Assembly: GCA_022360445.1 (NCBI GenBank)
Contig: JAKSCV010000022.1
Coordinates: 1,868-65,867, forward strand
Direction of reading: 5' to 3'
Origin: Gammaproteobacteria bacterium
GTDB taxonomy: Bacteria; Pseudomonadota; Gammaproteobacteria; UBA5861
Length of the DNA: 64,000 nucleotides
Each line of letters starts with the position of its first letter. Position 1 is the stretch's first letter. The notes beneath the pieces were generated by a model, which ran no database searches, was not told where the DNA came from, and saw only the letters and a program-made list of their open reading frames with translations. Shown here one piece after another: positions 1-11,041 of this stretch. The translations under genes and the position numbers were made by a program.

Positions 1-2016
1 TGGTCGCGGCCGGATATTCCGCTGCACGCCCAAGCTATGCTGAAAAACCCCCGCCCTGGTATTACGAACGCGCTTGAGCAGATCGAACAGTTGAAGCAAA
101 AGGGGCACACACTGGCCTATGTTGGAGATGTGGTCGGCACAGGTTCTTCACGTAAATCAGCCACAAACTCTGTTTTATGGCACATGGGTGAAGATATTCC
201 TTTTGCTCCCAATAAACGTTCGGGTGGTGTCTGCTTGGGCAGCAAAATTGCGCCCATTTTCTTTAACACCATGGAAGATGCCGGTGCTATGCCTATTGAG
301 TGCGATGTCACCCAAATGAAGATGGGTGATGTCATTGACATTTATCCTTACGATGGGGTGATCAAAAACCATGAAACAGGCGAGGAGTTGACAAAATTTT
401 CTTTTAAAACAGACGTTTTGTTAGATGAGATCAAAGCAGGCGGCCGGATTCCATTAATTATTGGTCGTGGCCTGACGGATCGTGCGCGTGAGGCGCTCGG
501 ACTTGAGCCTTCAACCGTATTCAAACGTCCGGCAGAAGCAGCAGGTTCCTCAAAAGGCTACACGCTAGCACAGAAAATGGTGGGCAAAGCATGTGGAGTG
601 GAGGGCGTTCGCCCCGGTACTTATTGCGAGCCTAAAATGACAACTGTTGGCTCGCAAGATACCACGGGACCTATGACGCGGGATGAGCTCAAAGACCTGG
701 CTTGCCTCGGATTCTCGGCTGATTTGGTTATGCAGAGCTTTTGCCACACCGCGGCTTACCCCAAGCCGGTCGATGTTGAAACGCACCACACCTTGCCTGA
801 CTTCATTTCCTCTCGGGGAGGTGTGTCACTCCGGCCAGGCGACGGAATCATTCACTCCTGGTTAAATCGCATGTTGCTACCCGACACCGTTGGGACAGGT
901 GGCGATTCACACACACGTTTCCCACTGGGTATCAGTTTCCCGGCCGGTTCTGGTTTAGTGGCTTTTGCCGCTGCAACAGGTGTTATGCCATTGGATATGC
1001 CGGAATCTGTTCTCGTTCGTTTTAAAGGGGAGATGCAGCCGGGTGTTACACTGCGCGACTTGGTCAATGCCATTCCTTACGCAGCGATTCAAAAAGGCCT
1101 GCTCACGGTTGAAAAAGAAGGCAAGAAAAATATTTTTTCTGGCCGTGTTCTTGAAATTGAAGGGCTGCCTGATCTAAAAGTGGAGCAAGCGTTTGAGTTG
1201 TCAGATGCAACGGCTGAACGTTCAGCTGCGGGCTGTACGGTAAAGTTGAACAAAGAGCCGATTATTGAGTACCTGAATTCCAACATCACCCTGTTGAAAT
1301 ACATGATTTCTAATGGTTATGCCGATGCGCGGACCATTGGCCGCCGCATTGAAGCGATGGAAGCCTGGTTGAACAATCCGGTCTTGATGGCGGCGGATAC
1401 TGATGCCGAATACGCTGAAATCATTGAAATTGATCTGGCCGAAATCAAAGAGCCCATCTTGGCATGCCCGAATGATCCTGATGATGTGAAGCTGCTTTCT
1501 GAAGTCAGCGGTGACACCATTGACGAAGTGTTCATTGGTTCTTGTATGACCAATATCGGCCACTACCGCGCCGCAGGTAAAGTACTCGACAACAAACATG
1601 ACCTGCCTACACGATTGTGGATCTGTCCGCCAACGCGTATGGATCAACACCAACTGACCGAAGAAGGTTACTACGCTATTTTTGGCAAAGCCGGTGCCCG
1701 GATGGAAATGCCAGGCTGTTCGCTTTGCATGGGTAACCAGGCGCGCGTGCGGGACAATGCTACGGTTGTGTCAACCTCAACTCGGAACTTTCCCAATCGC
1801 TTGGGACAAGGGGCAGATGTTTACCTCTCTTCGGCAGAGTTAGCGGCGGTAGCCTCGATCCTCGGGCGCCTGCCAAGTGTTGAAGAATACATGGAGCATG
1901 TTGCTGCGATTAATACCATGGCGGACGATGTGTATCGTTACCTCAACTTCCATGAAATTGAAGAATTTCAGAAAATTGCAGAGAGCACGGTTATCCCGAT
2001 TGTTCAAGTCGGATAA
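1..2016 (+). CDS. acnB: Aconitate hydratase B (5'-truncated by window edge)
   Basis: The frame is open from base 1 ([16 protein letters not shown]...). Motifs [34 protein letters not shown] and [11 protein letters not shown] (Fe-S cysteines) are typical of AcnB. Confidence 0.97.
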   Translation, partial: WSRPDIPLHAQAMLKNPRPGITNALEQIEQLKQKGHTLAYVGDVVGTGSSRKSATNSVLWHMGEDIPFAPNKRSGGVCLGSKIAPIFFNTMEDAGAMPIECDVTQMKMGDVIDIYPYDGVIKNHETGEELTKFSFKTDVLLDEIKAGGRIPLIIGRGLTDRAREALGLEPSTVFKRPAEAAGSSKGYTLAQKMVGKACGVEGVRPGTYCEPKMTTVGSQDTTGPMTRDELKDLACLGFSADLVMQSFCHTAAYPKPVDVETHHTLPDFISSRGGVSLRPGDGIIHSWLNRMLLPDTVGTGGDSHTRFPLGISFPAGSGLVAFAAATGVMPLDMPESVLVRFKGEMQPGVTLRDLVNAIPYAAIQKGLLTVEKEGKKNIFSGRVLEIEGLPDLKVEQAFELSDATAERSAAGCTVKLNKEPIIEYLNSNITLLKYMISNGYADARTIGRRIEAMEAWLNNPVLMAADTDAEYAEIIEIDLAEIKEPILACPNDPDDVKLLSEVSGDTIDEVFIGSCMTNIGHYRAAGKVLDNKHDLPTRLWICPPTRMDQHQLTEEGYYAIFGKAGARMEMPGCSLCMGNQARVRDNATVVSTSTRNFPNRLGQGADVYLSSAELAAVASILGRLPSVEEYMEHVAAINTMADDVYRYLNFHEIEEFQKIAESTVIPIVQVG

Positions 2017-2033
2017 TGCGCACAACCATTAAT

Positions 2034-2071
2034 ACCACAGTCTGTTAGCTTAAATCTCAACAGACTGTGGT
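2034..2071. terminator. Stem-loop after acnB, between convergent genes
   Basis: Perfect 13-bp inverted repeat ACCACAGTCTGTT ... AACAGACTGTGGT, 18 nt after the acnB stop. Confidence 0.7.
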
Positions 2072-2135
2072 TTGGTTACGACTACGCAGTCGCACGTTTC
2101 AAGAAATAACGGCTGCTATCAGCGCAGTTAAGTGC

Positions 2136-2684
2136 CTACATCTTCCACTTAATCGAGCAACCCATACTTGGATTTTGGTCTTTTGGACCTTTTCCTGTCT
2201 CAGCCACTAAGCACATGGCGTTTAGTAATTCCGGGTTTCGATTGTGTGCCTTACCCATCCTGGCATCATCTAAACGGCCACGGTATTGCAGCTGGCCTTG
2301 ATCATTGAGTCCGAAAAAATCAGGTGTACAGACAGCGCCATAAGCCTGTGCTACAGACTGATCCTCATCGACAAGGTAGGGGAAATTGAATCTGTGTCGG
2401 GCTGCAAATTTCAGCATGTTTTGGGGTGAATCTGCAGACACGCTTCTGTAGTCGTTGGACATGATTGCCAATACCTGAATGCCTTGGTCCATTAACTGGT
2501 CGGCATCTGCAGCGAATCGATCAGCAATAGCTTGGACATATGGGCAGTGATTACAAATGAAGGCAAGCAGTAACCCTTTTTTGCCGAGCTGATCACTCAT
2601 CATGAAGGTTTTACCGTGTGGATCTTGGAGGCTGAAGTTAGGTGCTGTCCAGCCGAATTCACATAATGGTGTATCTAATAACAT
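2136..2684 (-). CDS. Thioredoxin-fold AhpC/TSA (peroxiredoxin-like) protein
   Basis: FICNHCPYV, AVCTPDFF, YRGRLDD and C-terminal SMGCSIKW; start taken at MLLDTP after a GAGG ribosome-binding site. Confidence 0.88.
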   Translation of the reverse strand: MLLDTPLCEFGWTAPNFSLQDPHGKTFMMSDQLGKKGLLLAFICNHCPYVQAIADRFAADADQLMDQGIQVLAIMSNDYRSVSADSPQNMLKFAARHRFNFPYLVDEDQSVAQAYGAVCTPDFFGLNDQGQLQYRGRLDDARMGKAHNRNPELLNAMCLVAETGKGPKDQNPSMGCSIKWKM

Positions 2685-3046
2685 ACGATTACCTCGTTCT
2701 CTGCTTATTTTCTTACCCATATGACGATTCCGCTGACAACAATGCGTCGGAACTGATATTCCTTTTTTGGCGATGCTGTGTCAGATATATGTGAGAAGAC
2801 ACTTTCCTGGTTAGATTCATTACTCATCGTGGCGTCATTCTTTGGTTGTCGAGTGTTCTGTCCCCATGTCTGGTAGTCTTAATGCCTGAGTGAGGCAAGT
2901 ACCACGGAGTAGCCCAGCGCAATAAATATACCAACCGTTATTTTGATAGCTCGCTTAATGTAGTGGACTAACAGTCAGGTCTAACATCTATTCTCGTACG
3001 CGGGCAACTCTAGCCTTGAATTAAAGAGTGTCTGTAACCATTGTTT

Positions 3047-3421
3047 TCAGGTTGCATCTGTTTCAGTAATAAGGTGAATAATATTGGATGGGTTGGCGAC
3101 CCAAAAAGCCTTTAAATCTTTTGGTAACGGTTCAATTTCATCACAGCGGATACAGCCTTGTTGTGCAAAGAGGGCTGCTGCCTCATCGATATTATCTGTA
3201 ATCATCTCGAGCCAGATTTCTGCCTGACTGAGGCCTTCAACCCGGTCCAACCAAAGGACTTTTCCGCCAAACTCAAATCGGGGTGCTTCTTCATTGCCTG
3301 GGGGTGACGGTGTGAGTTCTTGCAAGCTGAGTATGTTGCGATAAAACGCTATTGTCTGATCGTATTCGTGAGCAGGGATTTTCATGGCAATATTTCTGCC
3401 CGGTTTAAATATGGATTTCAT
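3047..3421 (-). CDS. VOC/glyoxalase-like small protein
   Basis: GRNIAMKIP...TIAFYRNIL...FWVANPSNIIHL pattern; start MKSIF follows GGGAG. Confidence 0.7.
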   Translation of the reverse strand: MKSIFKPGRNIAMKIPAHEYDQTIAFYRNILSLQELTPSPPGNEEAPRFEFGGKVLWLDRVEGLSQAEIWLEMITDNIDEAAALFAQQGCIRCDEIEPLPKDLKAFWVANPSNIIHLITETDAT

Positions 3422-3728
3422 CACGATCTCCCTAAGGTTTAGGCGTTGCAGAAAAATTGATAAAAGCAGTATCTCAAAAGAAGACTGCAGATTCACCGAT
3501 CTTACACCGTACAAATAATTGTTTTTCAGTACCAGGTGATCATTCGCAGAGTGTATTTTTCATGAAAATAGACCGTCTTGGGAAGCGATCCGCCAGTTGG
3601 CGCAGACATGCTGTTTCAGAGACTGTGTCCAGTTGGGAAGGAATCTCTGATTAAGTCCATAATTTTTATCTAAGCCAAATTATTGTCAGCTAGGTATCGA
3701 ATTGCAGCGCCATCTAGATGCCGAAAAC

Positions 3729-4949
3729 TTAAGGCACACGCTGGTTGATGCTAATTGAGACGGTCTCTTCAAGACCGAGCTGGAGCTCAGCCACTTCACC
3801 GAAGAGGTCTCCGCTAGCAGCGCTTGGTGTACCAGTGGTGGAGATGCGCGCAGTGACTTTAAAGGCATCAACCGATGAAAGCTTCAGAGCGGGCGACATG
3901 GCTTTTGAATCATCAAGTACCAGAGTGAATGGCAGCTCCCCTACAGTTTTCTTGACGGCTGCAAGTGGCATTTTGGGACCATGTTGTGCGGTTGCAAATA
4001 CAAAGACCGTATCCTTGGGATTAACCGTGTCACTTAAGTCTTCTGCTAAGGATATGCGCACGGTGATAGAGGCGTTTTCTGTTGCGGGAATAGTGTTGGC
4101 AGAGGTAGTTTCTCCCAAACGGTTGTTTGCACTTGCGATCATTTGACTTAATTCGGAAGCCGCTCTTGGATCTTCTGCCAAATGTACTTTTGCTTTTTGC
4201 CAATAGTCCACAGCGTTTTTGAGGTTGCCGGCACGTTCTTCTGCGACCCCCATAAGCCACAAAGCTTGAGGTTGTTCGGGCGCGATAGCGAGTGCTTTTT
4301 TGAGTAAATTGACAGGCTCTTCTGAAAATTGTCCGCCTTGCGACATGACGATGGCATCGGCCATGCGGACAAGAACCGTGGGTTCATCACCGACCAATTC
4401 ATGCAATTTTCTCAGCGCATCAACAGACTTTTTGTATTGACCCGACACCATATAAGTCCGTGCAAGCACAAACCACCCAGTGGCATCCTTCGGATCTTCA
4501 GCCAAGCGGCTTTTTATTTGTGCGATGAGTTCATCAATCGTAGGTTGTTCGCTGTTTTGTAAAGCAGCCTGGGTTGATTGCAGTTGAATTGCGCCAGGCG
4601 AGCCCAGGGAAAAATACAGTGCGCCAGCGGAGAGAGGAATAATGAAGAAGATCAATAAGCCAGCCCACCGTCCCTTAGTCGCAGCGGCTTTTTGGGAAGC
4701 TTGTGCTTTAAGGTCAACCGCGAGCGACTGTTCAATTTCTGCCAAGGCGGTTTGATAGCTCGTTTGGCTAATTTCGCCACGATCCAAAGTTATTTTTAAT
4801 TCAGCATGTTTTTGCCGGGCAATGTCGATATTGAGTTGTTCCCGATCATCACTGGGTACAGCGCTGTGTTTTTGTCGAATAAAGGGCCATGCGAGTAAGG
4901 CGGCGGACAACAAAGCGATAGCGCCTGCAATTACATAAAAGGTTGCCAT
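3729..4949 (-). CDS. ccmI: Cytochrome c biogenesis protein CcmI/CycH (TM segments + TPR repeats + C-terminal domain)
   Basis: Two hydrophobic segments, TPR-like DATGWFVLARTY and PQALWLMG, C-terminal GPKMPLAA/ARISTTG domain; follows ccmH. Confidence 0.92.
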   Translation of the reverse strand: MATFYVIAGAIALLSAALLAWPFIRQKHSAVPSDDREQLNIDIARQKHAELKITLDRGEISQTSYQTALAEIEQSLAVDLKAQASQKAAATKGRWAGLLIFFIIPLSAGALYFSLGSPGAIQLQSTQAALQNSEQPTIDELIAQIKSRLAEDPKDATGWFVLARTYMVSGQYKKSVDALRKLHELVGDEPTVLVRMADAIVMSQGGQFSEEPVNLLKKALAIAPEQPQALWLMGVAEERAGNLKNAVDYWQKAKVHLAEDPRAASELSQMIASANNRLGETTSANTIPATENASITVRISLAEDLSDTVNPKDTVFVFATAQHGPKMPLAAVKKTVGELPFTLVLDDSKAMSPALKLSSVDAFKVTARISTTGTPSAASGDLFGEVAELQLGLEETVSISINQRVP

Positions 4950-4963
4950 ATTTTTATATGTGC

Positions 4964-5437
4964 TCAGTGAGGTGTTTTATCATTGATGAGGTTTTTTGCC
5001 CGAGACAGGTCGTGCGGGCTGATGGTGCTCTTTTGCCGGCCGCGACGGCGGAATATGTTAGCGACGACAATGATACCAATAGTGACCATCAGAAAAGGGC
5101 CCGCCCATAATACCAGCGTGCTGGTTTTTAAAGGGGGGCTATAGAGGATGAAATCACCGTATCGGGTGACCATATAGTCGACAATCTGTTCATCAGAATT
5201 GCCCGATTTAAGCATTTTCTCTACTTGATTACGCAGATCCTTTGCAAGATCCGCATCGGAGTCAGAAAGATTTTGGTTTTGGCAGACCAGGCAGCGTAAC
5301 TCAGCAATCATTTTTTTATAGCGTGCTTCTGTTTCCGAGTTCTCGAATTGTTTGGATTCGATCGAAGCCCCTGCCGTTCCGGTGACGAGAAAAACCGCCA
5401 GCATCAGTATCAAAGCCTGGTAACAAGATTGACTCAT
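4964..5437 (-). CDS. ccmH: Cytochrome c biogenesis protein CcmH
   Basis: LRCLVCQNQNLSDS motif, RYGDFILYSPP, signal peptide and C-terminal TM segment. Confidence 0.95.
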   Translation of the reverse strand: MSQSCYQALILMLAVFLVTGTAGASIESKQFENSETEARYKKMIAELRCLVCQNQNLSDSDADLAKDLRNQVEKMLKSGNSDEQIVDYMVTRYGDFILYSPPLKTSTLVLWAGPFLMVTIGIIVVANIFRRRGRQKSTISPHDLSRAKNLINDKTPH

Positions 5438-7413
5438 GACGCTACTCCTTGTTTGACACTGAGCCCGGTTTCAGGCGCGGTGGACGACTGACGAGTCGGG
5501 CGATAGCGCCGATCCATTGCCGCTAAAAGTCCACCGATAGCCATCAAAACACCACCTATCCATAGCCAGCGAACCAAGGGTTTATAGTAAATGCGTACAC
5601 TCCAGGCTCCCTGATTCAGTGGTTCGCCCAAAGCGACGTAAAGATCGCGCGTAAAACCGGGGCTGATGGCGGCTTCTGTCATCACGTTGCCTTGGGCATT
5701 GTACGTCCGCTTTTCCGGGTAAAGATAAAGAGTTTCGTTACCAGATTGGGCTACGACGGTGCCTCGCATTGCTGTGTAATTTTCTCCCCGGACAGGTGAG
5801 GCGCCTTCAAATGTGAACTGATAAGAGCCCATTTCATAAGTGTCTCCGGGCGACATTCGCAAATCTTTTTCAACACTATAAAAAGAGGTTATGCTGATTC
5901 CAATGGTGACGACGGCAACCCCGATGTGAGCTAATGACATGCCCCAAAAAGCGCTGTTGATGCCGCGTAATGCGCGGAGTTTGTCAGGCCGGGTTTTAAT
6001 GCGATCATGTAGACCGCGCAGGGTTGAAAGGGTCATCCAAAGCCCTATCGCAAGGCCCAAAAGGCTTAATGGTTCATACTTTTTCCAAATCAAGGCAATT
6101 AACACTGTGTTCAAAACGGTGACCAGTGCTGTCGTCAAAAGCTGTTTGAGCAAGCGGGAGAATCTATCTTGTCGCCAGCGAACCAGTGGACCTAAGCCCA
6201 TGATTACGAATAGAGGAATAGCCAGCGGGATAAAGACACTGTTGAAATAGGGAGGGCCCACAGAAATTTTGCCGGCGCCCAATGCGTCAATGGCTAAGGG
6301 ATAAAGTGTACCTAGCAGGACAGTGCCGCAGAGCGCAATCAGCAGTACATTATTGGCCAGCAGAGCGGATTCCCTTGAGAACAGTTTGAACTCACCTGTG
6401 CTGACGAGCTTGGGCGCTTTAATGCTGTATAGCAGTAGGGAGCCGCCCACAACCAAGCAAAGAAACAGCAAAATAAATAAGCCGCGCGTAGGGTCTGAGG
6501 CGAAGGCATGAACCGATGTCAGCACGCCTGAGCGCACCAGAAAAGTCCCAAGGAGGCTGAGTGAGAAAGCAAAAATGGCTAAGAGAATGGTCCAGGACTT
6601 GAATACACTGCGCTTTTCGGTAACCGACAGGGTGTGAATCAGAGCTGTCCCGACTAACCAGGGCATAAAGGATGCGTTTTCCACGGGATCCCAAAACCAC
6701 CAGCCGCCCCAACCGAGTTCATAGTAGGCCCACCAGCTACCTAGCGTGATACCGAGTGTCAGGAAAAGCCAAGCGGTGTTGGTCCAGGGCCGCATCCAAC
6801 GGGCCCAGGCCGAATCCAGCCGTCCGCTGAGTAAGGCCGCAATGGCAAAGGCAAAGGCAACGGAGAAGCCCACATAGCCCATGTATAGCATAGGCGGATG
6901 TACGATTAAGCCAAAGTCCTGGAGTAGGGGATTCAAAGAGCGTCCATCCGCAGGGATAGGGAAAATGCGGTCAAAAGGATTGGATGTCAGTAAGATGAAT
7001 AATAAAAAGCCAATATTGACCAGGCCCAATATAGAAAGCACGCGGGCAATCATATCAAGCGGGATGTTCCGGCTAAAGATAGCGGCGGCGGCCGTCCACA
7101 TTGACAAAATGAGCGCCCACATTAAAAGCGAGCCTTCGTGCGCGCCCCAAACACCTGTAATGCGGTAAATCAGGGGCAATTCGGAGTTGGAAGTATTGGC
7201 AACGTAAAGAACAGAAAAATCATGAGTGATGAACGCATAGGTGAGGCAGAGAAATGAAATGCTGATCAGTAGAAACTGAGCCAGTGCGGCAGGCTTGGCT
7301 AAAGACATCCAGGTTACAAGCTGAAAGCGAACACCTATCAGTGGCAGAATGGATAAGATAATTGCAACACATAAAGCCGTGATCAGCGCAAAGTGCCCAA
7401 GTTCTGGAATCAT
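5434..7413 (-). CDS. ccmF: Heme lyase CcmF
   Basis: MIPELGH start, [22 protein letters not shown] (WWD domain), SVHAFASDP. Confidence 0.98.
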   Translation of the reverse strand: MIPELGHFALITALCVAIILSILPLIGVRFQLVTWMSLAKPAALAQFLLISISFLCLTYAFITHDFSVLYVANTSNSELPLIYRITGVWGAHEGSLLMWALILSMWTAAAAIFSRNIPLDMIARVLSILGLVNIGFLLFILLTSNPFDRIFPIPADGRSLNPLLQDFGLIVHPPMLYMGYVGFSVAFAFAIAALLSGRLDSAWARWMRPWTNTAWLFLTLGITLGSWWAYYELGWGGWWFWDPVENASFMPWLVGTALIHTLSVTEKRSVFKSWTILLAIFAFSLSLLGTFLVRSGVLTSVHAFASDPTRGLFILLFLCLVVGGSLLLYSIKAPKLVSTGEFKLFSRESALLANNVLLIALCGTVLLGTLYPLAIDALGAGKISVGPPYFNSVFIPLAIPLFVIMGLGPLVRWRQDRFSRLLKQLLTTALVTVLNTVLIALIWKKYEPLSLLGLAIGLWMTLSTLRGLHDRIKTRPDKLRALRGINSAFWGMSLAHIGVAVVTIGISITSFYSVEKDLRMSPGDTYEMGSYQFTFEGASPVRGENYTAMRGTVVAQSGNETLYLYPEKRTYNAQGNVMTEAAISPGFTRDLYVALGEPLNQGAWSVRIYYKPLVRWLWIGGVLMAIGGLLAAMDRRYRPTRQSSTAPETGLSVKQGVAS

Positions 7414-7877
7414 TTTTCCTCTACCGTTTTTAAGCCATGGGGCATTGCGCCGGACTTTTCCAGTGCCTCGGCAACTTCCGGTGGCATATAGTTTTCATCA
7501 TGTTTGGCAAGCACTTCCGTTGCCGTAAATACCTTACTAGTGGCTTCACCCAGCTTTCCCATCGCGACAATGCCCTGACCTTCGCGGAATAAATCAGGCA
7601 GAATGCCTGTGTATGTAACGTTGACGTCATGACTATAATCCGTCACCACAAAGTTCACGCTCAAGCCATCAGAGGACCGGGTGAGTGAACCTTCTTTGAC
7701 CATACCACCGATTCTGAAAGGGTGGTTAAGCGGAGCTTCACCGGCAATAACTTGAGTTGGTGAGAAAAAAAACAGCAAGTTCTTTTGGAAAGCATTCAAA
7801 ATCAGCGCAACGGCAATGCCAATTGAAACCAGCATCAGTGAAATAAGTGCCAAGCGGCGTTTTCGTTGTGGGGTCAT
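7410..7877 (-). CDS. ccmE: Heme chaperone CcmE
   Basis: [10 protein letters not shown] and [12 protein letters not shown] (heme-binding H-x3-Y). Confidence 0.98.
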   Translation of the reverse strand: MTPQRKRRLALISLMLVSIGIAVALILNAFQKNLLFFFSPTQVIAGEAPLNHPFRIGGMVKEGSLTRSSDGLSVNFVVTDYSHDVNVTYTGILPDLFREGQGIVAMGKLGEATSKVFTATEVLAKHDENYMPPEVAEALEKSGAMPHGLKTVEEK

Positions 7878-8029
7878 TGTGAATTCTTCAATCGGCGTTT
7901 GAGTGTTCGTTTAAGTTGTTTATTCTGTTGCCAAGCAATGATTAGGTTCATGGCCAGCACAATCAAGGTCAACCCATAAGATGGCCAAACAAACTGGGCA
8001 TAGCCCCCCATGCTTAAAAACTCGCTCAT
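7874..8029 (-). CDS. ccmD: Heme exporter protein CcmD
   Basis: [19 protein letters not shown], single TM segment then a basic tail; overlaps both ccmC and ccmE by 4 nt. Confidence 0.92.
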   Translation of the reverse strand: MSEFLSMGGYAQFVWPSYGLTLIVLAMNLIIAWQQNKQLKRTLKRRLKNSQ

Positions 8030-8769
8030 GACTCTCCATGCTCCAGTAGTTCTTGTACCCACTTTGACTTTTGTTCGCGCATGATCAACAGGGTCCTAAC
8101 TTTGAGTAACAGTGTGAATACGTAGAAGAAGGTAAAGCCCAAAGCCATCAAAAGGAGAGGGATGAGCATATCAAGATGGATGGAAGGTTTATCCATCTTC
8201 GTTACCGTAGCGGGCTGATGCAGTGTATACCACCACTCGACCGAATAGTGAATGATGGGAATGTTAATGACGCCCACAAGTACCAATAAGGCACTGGCGC
8301 GCGTGGCTGTTTTTTTGTTTTCAATGGCTGAGTTCAGTGCAATGTAACCCAGATATAGAAATAACAGGATGAGTTCGGATGTCAGCCGGGCATCCCAAAC
8401 CCACCAGGTACCCCACATCGGTTTGCCCCACAAAGAGCCTGTCGCCAGTGCGAGGAAGGTAAACGAAGCACCGATGGCGGCCGAGGCTTCTGTAATAATT
8501 CCGGCGAGTTTGTATCGCCAAACCAGTGTCATAAACGCCGCGCATGCCATAACCATGTAAACGAACATAGACATCCATGCCGAAGGGACGTGCACGAAAA
8601 TAATTCGGTAGCTTTCGCCCTGCTGGTAGTCAGGGGGTGCTTTAAACAGGCCAAGATACAAACCAGAGAGAATAAGAATAAAACAGAGGGCTCCAATCCA
8701 TGGATTAATTGTGCTTGCAAAACGATAAAAGTTCTTGGGGGCCGTTAATTTATGAAACCAGGCAAACAT
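8026..8769 (-). CDS. ccmC: Heme exporter protein CcmC
   Basis: WGKPMWGTWWVWDARLTS WWD motif and HYSVEWWYTLHQ; start taken at MFAWFHK. Confidence 0.97.
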   Translation of the reverse strand: MFAWFHKLTAPKNFYRFASTINPWIGALCFILILSGLYLGLFKAPPDYQQGESYRIIFVHVPSAWMSMFVYMVMACAAFMTLVWRYKLAGIITEASAAIGASFTFLALATGSLWGKPMWGTWWVWDARLTSELILLFLYLGYIALNSAIENKKTATRASALLVLVGVINIPIIHYSVEWWYTLHQPATVTKMDKPSIHLDMLIPLLLMALGFTFFYVFTLLLKVRTLLIMREQKSKWVQELLEHGES

Positions 8770-8957
8770 TTGGCGTATCGCTATCCCTGAAGCAGGGTCT
8801 TGAATGTAAATAAAGGCATTATATGCCCAGAAGTTTTGTCTGACACTGAGCCAAGTCAAAAGCTGCTACAGGTTATTACAAATTCACAAAATTTAGCAGG
8901 GGAATTACGTAATAGTAAGAAATCTAAAGGGTCATTAATGGCGGCATAGGAGTTAGT

Positions 8958-8997
8958 TTGTAACAAAAGCGTCATGCCGCTGTTACGTGTTTGCCAT
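8958..8997 (+). promoter_or_regulatory. Tandem Pho boxes (PhoB sites) upstream of phnC
   Basis: Four heptamers at exact 11-bp spacing (TTGTAAC 8958, GCGTCAT 8969, CTGTTAC 8980, TTGCCAT 8991) resemble the PhoB consensus CTGTCAT; they end 44 nt before phnC. Confidence 0.8.
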
Positions 8998-9040
8998 ATC
9001 CAACCTCTAGCATTCCACCTGATTGTGAAGAGGACGGACT

Positions 9041-9907
9041 ATGGATACGGTCATCAGTATTAGTAACTTAAATAAGCATTTCAAAGGCAAGCCTGCCTTA
9101 AATGATATTTCCCTGAGTATCTCGCGTGGTGAAACCGTCGCGCTGATCGGGGCGTCTGGGTCCGGTAAATCAACGCTTCTCAGACATATTGCCGGTTTAC
9201 TGACAACGGATAAATCTGGCCAGAAAGCAAGTGGATGCGACTTGCCTGCCTGCTGTGTCTCCGTTTTGGGACAAACCATCCAGGAAGATGGCCAGCTGGC
9301 TAAAAAAGTTCGCCAGCATCGCGCAAGGGTGGGTTTTATCTTCCAGCAATTTAATCTGGTTAACCGTATGTCCGTTTTAAATAACGTCGTGCTGGGGGCG
9401 TTGGCTCGGGTTCCGGGTTGGCGAGGTGCGCTGAACTGGTTTCCTAAAAGCGAACAACTTGTGGCCATGCGTGCACTTCAACGTGTTGGAATGGATAGCT
9501 TTGCCAGTCAACGGGCTTCAACGCTCTCCGGAGGCCAACAGCAGCGCGTAGCAATTGCCCGGGCACTGGTTCAAGGTGCCGAGGTGTTATTAGCGGACGA
9601 GCCGGTTGCCTCATTGGATCCGGAATCCTCACGACGAGTACTGGATACGTTGACCAAAGTGAGTAAACAAGACCAAAAAACTGTTGTCATCTCACTACAC
9701 CAAGTTGAGTACGCCCGGCAGTATTGCACCCGGGTGATCGCATTAAAAAAAGGACGTGTTGTTTTTGATGGCCCCACAGCCGATTTAACACTGGAACTAT
9801 TGAATGAACTCTACGGATCGGAGTCCCTCAACGTTCATGGCCTCACTCCCGATGCCTCTGAACCTAACACCATTAAAAGCTCAAATGAGATGGCAAAGGC
9901 CGTCTGA
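9041..9907 (+). CDS. phnC: Phosphonate ABC transporter ATP-binding protein
   Basis: Walker [49 protein letters not shown]. Confidence 0.96.
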   Translation: MDTVISISNLNKHFKGKPALNDISLSISRGETVALIGASGSGKSTLLRHIAGLLTTDKSGQKASGCDLPACCVSVLGQTIQEDGQLAKKVRQHRARVGFIFQQFNLVNRMSVLNNVVLGALARVPGWRGALNWFPKSEQLVAMRALQRVGMDSFASQRASTLSGGQQQRVAIARALVQGAEVLLADEPVASLDPESSRRVLDTLTKVSKQDQKTVVISLHQVEYARQYCTRVIALKKGRVVFDGPTADLTLELLNELYGSESLNVHGLTPDASEPNTIKSSNEMAKAV

Positions 9908-9949
9908 GCGAATGATGACAACCCCACCACTTATCTGAGGAGATCTTTT

Positions 9950-10945
9950 ATGTTACGTAGAACATTTATAGGTTCATTGCTGCTCGCGGCGGCCAGTGTT
10001 GTGATAGCACCGGCGGCTAAGGCCGAAATGAACGAATTAAAGTTTGGCATTATTTCAACCGAATCGGCACAAAATTTGAAAAAAATCTGGGTGCCGTTTT
10101 TAGAGGATATGGCCAAGAAAACAGGTATGTCTGTTAAGCCTTTTTTCGCGCCTGACTATGCTGGGGTTATCGAAGCCATGCGTTTTGATAAGGTTGACCT
10201 TGCCTGGTATGGCAATAAATCAGCCATGGTTGCGGTTGATCGATCGGGGGCCGAAATTTTTGCGCAAACGGTGGATGTTTCAGGTAACCCGGGTTACTGG
10301 AGCTTACTGGTCACACATAAAGACAGCCCGCTTAACTCGGTGGAAGATGTTTTGAAAAATGCTAGGGATTTGACTTTCGGCAACGGTGACCCGAACTCAA
10401 CCTCTGGCTTCTTGGTACCGGGATACTATGTTTTTGCCGCCAATAATATCGACCCCAAACGGGCCTTCAAACGCGTGTTGAATGCTAATCACGAAGCGAA
10501 CTTGATGGCTGTTTCGGCCAAACAGGTTGACTTTGCAACCAACAACACGGAAAGCTTGGGCCGTTTACAAACAACAGCACCCGATCATGCTGAAAACATT
10601 AAAATTATCTGGAAGTCGCCACTGATTCCTTCTGACCCGATTGCATGGCGCAAAAACCTGCCTGAAGAAACCAAAGCCAAAATCAAACAGTTTTTTATGA
10701 GCTATGGCAAATCAGGTGACAATGTTGAAAAAGAAAAACAAATCTTGGCTGACTTGCAGTGGGCACCGTTCAGGGATTCAAACAACGACCAGTTACTGCC
10801 CATTCGCCAGCTATCGCTGTTCAAAGATCGCCGTAAAGTCGCTACCGATGAAAAGTTGAGCGAATCAGAAAAAGCAGAAAAGCTTAAAGTCATTGATGCT
10901 CAACTGGCTGAGCTCGATAAGCGCATGGCCGCACTTTCCAAATAA
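9950..10945 (+). CDS. phnD: Phosphonate ABC transporter substrate-binding protein
   Basis: Signal peptide, FGIISTES, FAPDYAG, NGDPNSTSG, WKSPLIPSDP. Confidence 0.97.
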   Translation: MLRRTFIGSLLLAAASVVIAPAAKAEMNELKFGIISTESAQNLKKIWVPFLEDMAKKTGMSVKPFFAPDYAGVIEAMRFDKVDLAWYGNKSAMVAVDRSGAEIFAQTVDVSGNPGYWSLLVTHKDSPLNSVEDVLKNARDLTFGNGDPNSTSGFLVPGYYVFAANNIDPKRAFKRVLNANHEANLMAVSAKQVDFATNNTESLGRLQTTAPDHAENIKIIWKSPLIPSDPIAWRKNLPEETKAKIKQFFMSYGKSGDNVEKEKQILADLQWAPFRDSNNDQLLPIRQLSLFKDRRKVATDEKLSESEKAEKLKVIDAQLAELDKRMAALSK

Positions 10946-10982
10946 GTGTTGCTAAAGTACTCATAGTTTCATTCTTGACTGT

Positions 10983-11007
10983 TCGGCGAGAGGTTTCTTC
11001 TCGCCGA
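10983..11007 (+). promoter_or_regulatory. Intercistronic stem-loop between phnD and phnE
   Basis: TCGGCGAGA ... TCTCGCCGA 9-bp stem with no U-tract; probably an mRNA-stabilising hairpin (inference). Confidence 0.55.
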
Positions 11008-11041
11008 GCCCCGCCATAAGCTCCTCATCAGGTACACGCTC

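Noticed and set aside
2136-2684. Thioredoxin-fold gene as the missing ccmG
   Set aside because: No signal or membrane anchor, CNHC rather than the WCxxC DsbE context, and it is separated from the ccm operon by another gene.
2878-2975. Short hydrophobic minus-strand ORF (LLVHYIKRAIKITVGIFIALGYSVVLASLRH)
   Set aside because: No ATG/GTG start or ribosome-binding site in frame and no recognisable family.
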